This document shows, piece after piece, positions 59,585 through 64,000 of a stretch of DNA of 64,000 bases. The DNA lies in the NCBI GenBank assembly GCA_964650185.1, contig CAZYRN010000001.1:46284-110283 (forward strand), written 5' to 3'. The DNA comes from an uncultured Pseudomonadales bacterium. GTDB taxonomy: Bacteria > Patescibacteriota > Microgenomatia > UBA1400 > PJMF01. The first letter of the stretch is position 1; every line of letters begins with the position of its first letter. A program made the translations under genes and the position numbers. The notes under the pieces are model-generated. The model saw nothing but the letters and a program-made list of their open reading frames with translations, did no database searches and had not been told where the DNA came from.

Positions 59585-60382
59585 ATGAAAATTTTTGACT
59601 CTCACTGTCACTATAACTTGAATCCTTTATACACCAACTGGCAGGATCACTGGCAGAAAGCACAAGAACATGGGGTAATCGGCGCCAATGTGGTAGGCAC
59701 AAATATCGAAACAAGCCGACGCGCTGTGGAAATTGCTCAGCAAGATGAAAGATTGTCAGCGGCAATTGGCGTCCACCCCAATGAATATGTCACAGTTTCC
59801 CCTGCAGATCTGCCGACAATCATCACTCAACACACGACTGCTTTAGCGATGATGATTGGCCAAGACAAAACTGATCAAATTGCGGCCATTGGTGAAACCG
59901 GCTTAGATTACTTCCGCCTGACTGCTGAAAATTATCAAACTGCTCGCAGTAATCAACAGGCAGCTTTTCGCGCTCACATCGAGTTAGCCAATGAGTTTGA
60001 GAAAGAGCTGATTGTTCATGTCCGAGATAAAGGCGGTAAAAAAGCCAAAAATAATCAAGCTTATTGGGATACTCTAGAGATAATTGAGAAGTTTTATCAG
60101 CACAAAAAACGATTTATTCTTCACTGCATTTCCGGACCTGCTGAATATCTGCAACGTGCGCTGGAAATGGGAGCTTTTATTGGCGTCGCGGCCAACGTTA
60201 CTTACACCAATGCAGATGAGTTGAGAGAGCTGGTCAAACTAGTGCCTCAGGATCGACTACTGCTTGAGACAGATGCACCTTATTTGCCGCCACAGGAATT
60301 TCGCGGGCAGGTGTGTGAGCCGTGGATGATTGAGAAGATAGCGGCCTTTTTTTCTAATTTACACCAAAACTATTTCAACTAA
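59585..60382 (+). CDS. tatD: TatD family hydrolase
   Basis: DSHCH, GVHP, IGETGLDY, LHC, LLETDAPYL. Confidence 0.95.
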   Translation: MKIFDSHCHYNLNPLYTNWQDHWQKAQEHGVIGANVVGTNIETSRRAVEIAQQDERLSAAIGVHPNEYVTVSPADLPTIITQHTTALAMMIGQDKTDQIAAIGETGLDYFRLTAENYQTARSNQQAAFRAHIELANEFEKELIVHVRDKGGKKAKNNQAYWDTLEIIEKFYQHKKRFILHCISGPAEYLQRALEMGAFIGVAANVTYTNADELRELVKLVPQDRLLLETDAPYLPPQEFRGQVCEPWMIEKIAAFFSNLHQNYFN

Positions 60383-60804
60383 CGATCGAGATTAAAATTT
60401 ATAGTAAACAAATAGTCATTTTCCTGGTTTTGTACACTAACTAGCTTAAGTTCTGTCACCAACCCTCCTAAAAAATTAGCAACCCAAATTGCAGAACTCT
60501 GATTAAACTCATTTCCGTTAAATGGCAATAATTGTGTTGTTCCAAAATCATTTTTATGATCCAAGTACCACTTAATAATTTCCCGTAACAGTTTGGTAAC
60601 TTCCTCTTTATTAGCTGGACTTTCTAGCTTTGAAGTTGCCGCTGAGACCAAGCTATCTGGATCATTTTCCATCATTTGAATCAAGCTCACCAGTTGTTCT
60701 GGTGACTGGTGTCTTGGATGTGCAAGTACTTCATTTCCTCTTTGGGTAGGATCATAACCCTCAGGCTGTTCTGGTAAATCAATATAACCTTCATTCATAA
60801 TCAA
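60379..60804 (-). CDS. Hypothetical protein
   Basis: 141-aa ORF, AT-rich, no motif recognised. Confidence 0.55.
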   Translation of the reverse strand: MIMNEGYIDLPEQPEGYDPTQRGNEVLAHPRHQSPEQLVSLIQMMENDPDSLVSAATSKLESPANKEEVTKLLREIIKWYLDHKNDFGTTQLLPFNGNEFNQSSAIWVANFLGGLVTELKLVSVQNQENDYLFTINFNLDR

Positions 60805-60907
60805 AATTCCTTATAACTATTTATTAAGATATTTAACAAATTCTAGATCTAAATTCACTTTACCGCCTTTCTCAATTCTTTTAAATGTAGGATAATACCT
60901 CACACTC

Positions 60908-62404
60908 ATGATTAAGCAATACTTTCGCCGCCATCCGATCCGTACCCAGCGGGCACTAGAAATCCTGCCTGGCTTCGTCTCTTGGTCACTCATCTTATTT
61001 CCATTCTGGGGCTCTTTACTTTTCCCGGTCGCCGTGGCTTACTACGTCATTGCATTCGCCGTTTATTGGCTGTTTCGCTCTTTATCGATGGCAACCCTGT
61101 CTATCTTGGCTCACTTTAAAATCAAAGCCACTAAAGAATTTGATTGGGTAAATGACTTAAAACAAAGCTTTCCACAGCGTTGGGACCAAATCCACCACAT
61201 TATTATTATCCCAACCTATCGAGAGCCTGAATACATTTTGGCTAGAACCATCGAAGCCCTGGGTCAGCAGACTTATCCACTTAAAAACATTCATCTAATG
61301 CTGTCATTTGAAGATAGAGAAGGTGAACCTGCTCGAGAAAAAGCTGCCAATCTCCAAAAACAGTTTAAAAATACCTTTGGTGATCTCTGGGTGACTTATC
61401 ATCCGGATATTGAAGGAGAGGTAAAGGGCAAATCTTCCAACACTTCTTGGGGGGCAAAAGAAGCTAAACGGCTGCTGGTCGATCAAGCAGGTATTCAGAT
61501 TGAGAATATTACTATTACCAGCGAAGACGCTGATGCGCAATTCCACCCTCAATATTTCGCCAATCTGACTTTTGAGTTTCTTAAAGTTCATAAGCCTTTT
61601 AACAAAATTTGGCAGGGAAATATTGTCTTTTATAACAATATTTGGACTGTGCCGGCTCCAGTTAGAGTATTAGCCTCGATGTTCTCCGTCATTCAGATGT
61701 ATGTCTTGATGCGTCAAGATCGGCTAATTAATTTTTCAACCTACTCAACTTCCTTAAAACACGTCGATGAAATAGGTTACTGGGATACTGATGTCATTCC
61801 GGAAGACTATCGGCTATTTTTCAAATCTTACTTTGCTAAAAAAGGCGACTTCGAGGTCCAGCCTATTTTTCTGCCCATCTATTCTGATGCCGCTGAGTCT
61901 GATGGCACATGGAATACCTTTAAAAATCAGTATGAACAGTTGAAACGCTGGGCTTGGGGAACTAGTGATGACGCCTACATCATCCGCCAGTATGTCTTAA
62001 CTGAGGGTGTACCTTTTTGGGATAAAACCATGCGGGTACTGAAAGTCATTGAGGATCATTTCCTCTGGCCAGTCAACTGGTTCGCCATTACCATTTCGGC
62101 GATGCTGCCGCCGCTGCTTAATGAAGAGTTTAACCGAACCATGATTGGAAAAACTTTGCCTCAGGTCACTTCCTTCTTACTGACACTCTCACTGGTATCG
62201 ATGATTGTCATTTTTGTGATTGATGCGCTTAATCGACCACCGCGACCAAATAAAAATAACATTCTCTCCTACATTTTTCAGCCTTTAGAATTTTTGCTGT
62301 TACCCATTGTCGGCTTTTTCTTCTCGGCTCTACCAGGAATTGATGCTCATACCCGTTTAATGCTGGGTAAGTATATTGAGTACAAGGTGACAGAAAAGGT
62401 CTAG
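60908..62404 (+). CDS. Membrane glycosyltransferase family 2 (processive-type)
   Basis: IIPTYRE, GKSSN, EDAD, IPED, QLKRWAWG (QxxRW). Confidence 0.88.
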   Translation: MIKQYFRRHPIRTQRALEILPGFVSWSLILFPFWGSLLFPVAVAYYVIAFAVYWLFRSLSMATLSILAHFKIKATKEFDWVNDLKQSFPQRWDQIHHIIIIPTYREPEYILARTIEALGQQTYPLKNIHLMLSFEDREGEPAREKAANLQKQFKNTFGDLWVTYHPDIEGEVKGKSSNTSWGAKEAKRLLVDQAGIQIENITITSEDADAQFHPQYFANLTFEFLKVHKPFNKIWQGNIVFYNNIWTVPAPVRVLASMFSVIQMYVLMRQDRLINFSTYSTSLKHVDEIGYWDTDVIPEDYRLFFKSYFAKKGDFEVQPIFLPIYSDAAESDGTWNTFKNQYEQLKRWAWGTSDDAYIIRQYVLTEGVPFWDKTMRVLKVIEDHFLWPVNWFAITISAMLPPLLNEEFNRTMIGKTLPQVTSFLLTLSLVSMIVIFVIDALNRPPRPNKNNILSYIFQPLEFLLLPIVGFFFSALPGIDAHTRLMLGKYIEYKVTEKV

Positions 62405-62440
62405 TTATCTTTTCGTATTTACTGCATAATAGACACAATT

Positions 62441-64000
62441 ATGCACAAACTCGCCCAACGCCTCGATAAATGGCTTCACTCACACCTGTTCTTACTCTTA
62501 GCCCTACTCGTCTTACTGTTGCTCCGTATTCCTAATTTTTTTGAACCTTATTGGTATGGTGATGAAGGCATCTATTTGACAGTTGGCAATGGGATTAAAG
62601 CTGGCGAAAGACTTTATGCCGATATTATTGATCATAAAACTCCTCTAATTTACTACTTAGCAGCTGTGCCAACTCAATTGAGCTTTAGATTTTTAAATCT
62701 CAGCTGGATGATTGCCACCACCATTGCTTTTTATGGCTTGGGATTAAAGTTGTTTAAAGAAAAACGCCATCTTCATCTGTCACTCATATCTTTTGTCTTG
62801 TTAACTACACTCCCCTGGCTGGAAGGCAATATTCCGAATGGCGAGCTGTTTGTGATGGGCTTTGTCTTAATGGCGGGCTGGATTTTAAGTAAAACCGCAT
62901 TGTTTGATTTTTTCTTGAATAAAAAAAAGGATTTGAAAAAGATTTCTGAGCCAGGCAAGTTAGTCGCAGCAGGTATTTTATTGGGTTTGGCCATCTTAAC
63001 TAAAATTCCCGCGGTGCTTGATTTAGCTGCCTTTCTTACCATTGGCTGGTTTGCACTGACTAATCACATTTCAGATCAGAAAAAACACCTGCTGATCTCC
63101 ATTCCCAAACAACTCTTAATTTTAGGATTGGGTGTCTTGCTGCCGATTGTAATCTCAATCATCTACTTCATTGCCATTGGAGCCGGACAAGATTACTTGG
63201 ATTTTGGCCTGTTGTACAACTTCCGCTATGCATCTACTTGGGGCTTACCCTTCCAAAGTGTCATCCTTGAACAACTGTTTACACTTCAGGGAAAGATGCT
63301 GATTGCTGGAGTCATGGTACTAATTTTAACAATTCGCAAAAAATGGTTTACCCCAGTGACTCAATTTGTCGTCAGCTGGTTTTTACTGGCATTAATTGGC
63401 TCACTGCTCTCTAATCGTCCCTATCCCCATTACTTCCAGCAGCTTGTGCCGCCGCTGACTTTAATGCTTGGTTTAATTTGGCAGTATCTAGAAGATTTTT
63501 CCAAATATATGCAAGCTTTTATCATGAGCACAGCGGCTTTGGCGCTCTTTATAGCTGCCATGCTGCTCCTAGAGTTCCGGCCCTATCCCACTTTAGAGTA
63601 CTATCAAAAGTTTACCCAGCTCATCACTAATCAGATTTCAGCTGATGCTTATCGTGACTCATTTAATTACCTCATGCCTGATAACTATGAGGCAGCTAAA
63701 ATTATTAAAAAGTCTGGCGTCAAAGAAATCTTTATTTGGGGTACTAATCCGATGCTTTACGCCCTGAGCGACACTAACCCCACTGGCCGCTTTACTGTTT
63801 CATTTCACATTAAGGACTTTAATGCTTATGATGAAACCTATCAGGATTTAGTGGCTCGGGAACCGCAATTTATCGTCGTGATGAAGAATGAAACAGAGGA
63901 GCTGCCAGGTCTTAATCACTATTTAACTGAAAACTATGTGGTTAATGCTAATTTTGACTACTTTGATCTGTGGATGAGATTAGATACTAAACAACATGTC
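62441..64000 (+). CDS. GT-C membrane glycosyltransferase (PMT/ArnT-like), runs off the window
   Basis: Manual translation: MHKLAQRLD...LRIPNFFEPYWYGDEGIY...DHKTPLIY...RPYPHY. Confidence 0.85.
   Translation, partial: MHKLAQRLDKWLHSHLFLLLALLVLLLLRIPNFFEPYWYGDEGIYLTVGNGIKAGERLYADIIDHKTPLIYYLAAVPTQLSFRFLNLSWMIATTIAFYGLGLKLFKEKRHLHLSLISFVLLTTLPWLEGNIPNGELFVMGFVLMAGWILSKTALFDFFLNKKKDLKKISEPGKLVAAGILLGLAILTKIPAVLDLAAFLTIGWFALTNHISDQKKHLLISIPKQLLILGLGVLLPIVISIIYFIAIGAGQDYLDFGLLYNFRYASTWGLPFQSVILEQLFTLQGKMLIAGVMVLILTIRKKWFTPVTQFVVSWFLLALIGSLLSNRPYPHYFQQLVPPLTLMLGLIWQYLEDFSKYMQAFIMSTAALALFIAAMLLLEFRPYPTLEYYQKFTQLITNQISADAYRDSFNYLMPDNYEAAKIIKKSGVKEIFIWGTNPMLYALSDTNPTGRFTVSFHIKDFNAYDETYQDLVAREPQFIVVMKNETEELPGLNHYLTENYVVNANFDYFDLWMRLDTKQHV

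Noticed and set aside
1646-63042. Numerous 60-130-aa ORFs antisense to or nested in long genes (e.g. 29682-30065, 54086-54433, 62773-63042)
   Set aside because: Shadow ORFs of well-supported genes, with no motifs or initiation signals.

Overview
Gene-dense chromosomal segment of a reduced-genome bacterium. The gene set (short aspS without GAD domain, secDF without yajC, tandem GT-C glycosyltransferases, wHTH-MNT, DUF3048, CAP protein) points to Patescibacteria/CPR, most likely Microgenomates; this is inference. Layout: a 14-kb surface-glycosylation cluster (1-13.8 kb); housekeeping genes (fbaB, rdgB, ybaB, dnaX, ybeY, gltX, S11 carboxypeptidase, aspS, recJ, cca, secF/secD, rseP, frr, rfbA, rmuC, metG, tatD); a TasA/SipW-like operon; tRNA-Glu(CTC) followed by a small accessory island with integration scars; two sortase-fold proteins; a 1592-aa Ig/FN3 surface protein; and two glycosyltransferases at the right end. 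The most notable signals are: (1) a complete transcription-attenuation T-box riboswitch upstream of aspS with an unusually short (~50 nt) Stem I; (2) three genes each interrupted by a single in-frame stop (TAG, TGA, TAA), one of them the CCA-adding enzyme while the tRNA here lacks encoded CCA; (3) many -10 hexamers only 6-9 nt before start codons (leaderless-type), including a bidirectional one between recJ and cca; (4) a sortase lacking all catalytic residues; (5) a DnaX with no zinc-module cysteines. All calls come from motif recognition by eye; no database searches were run.
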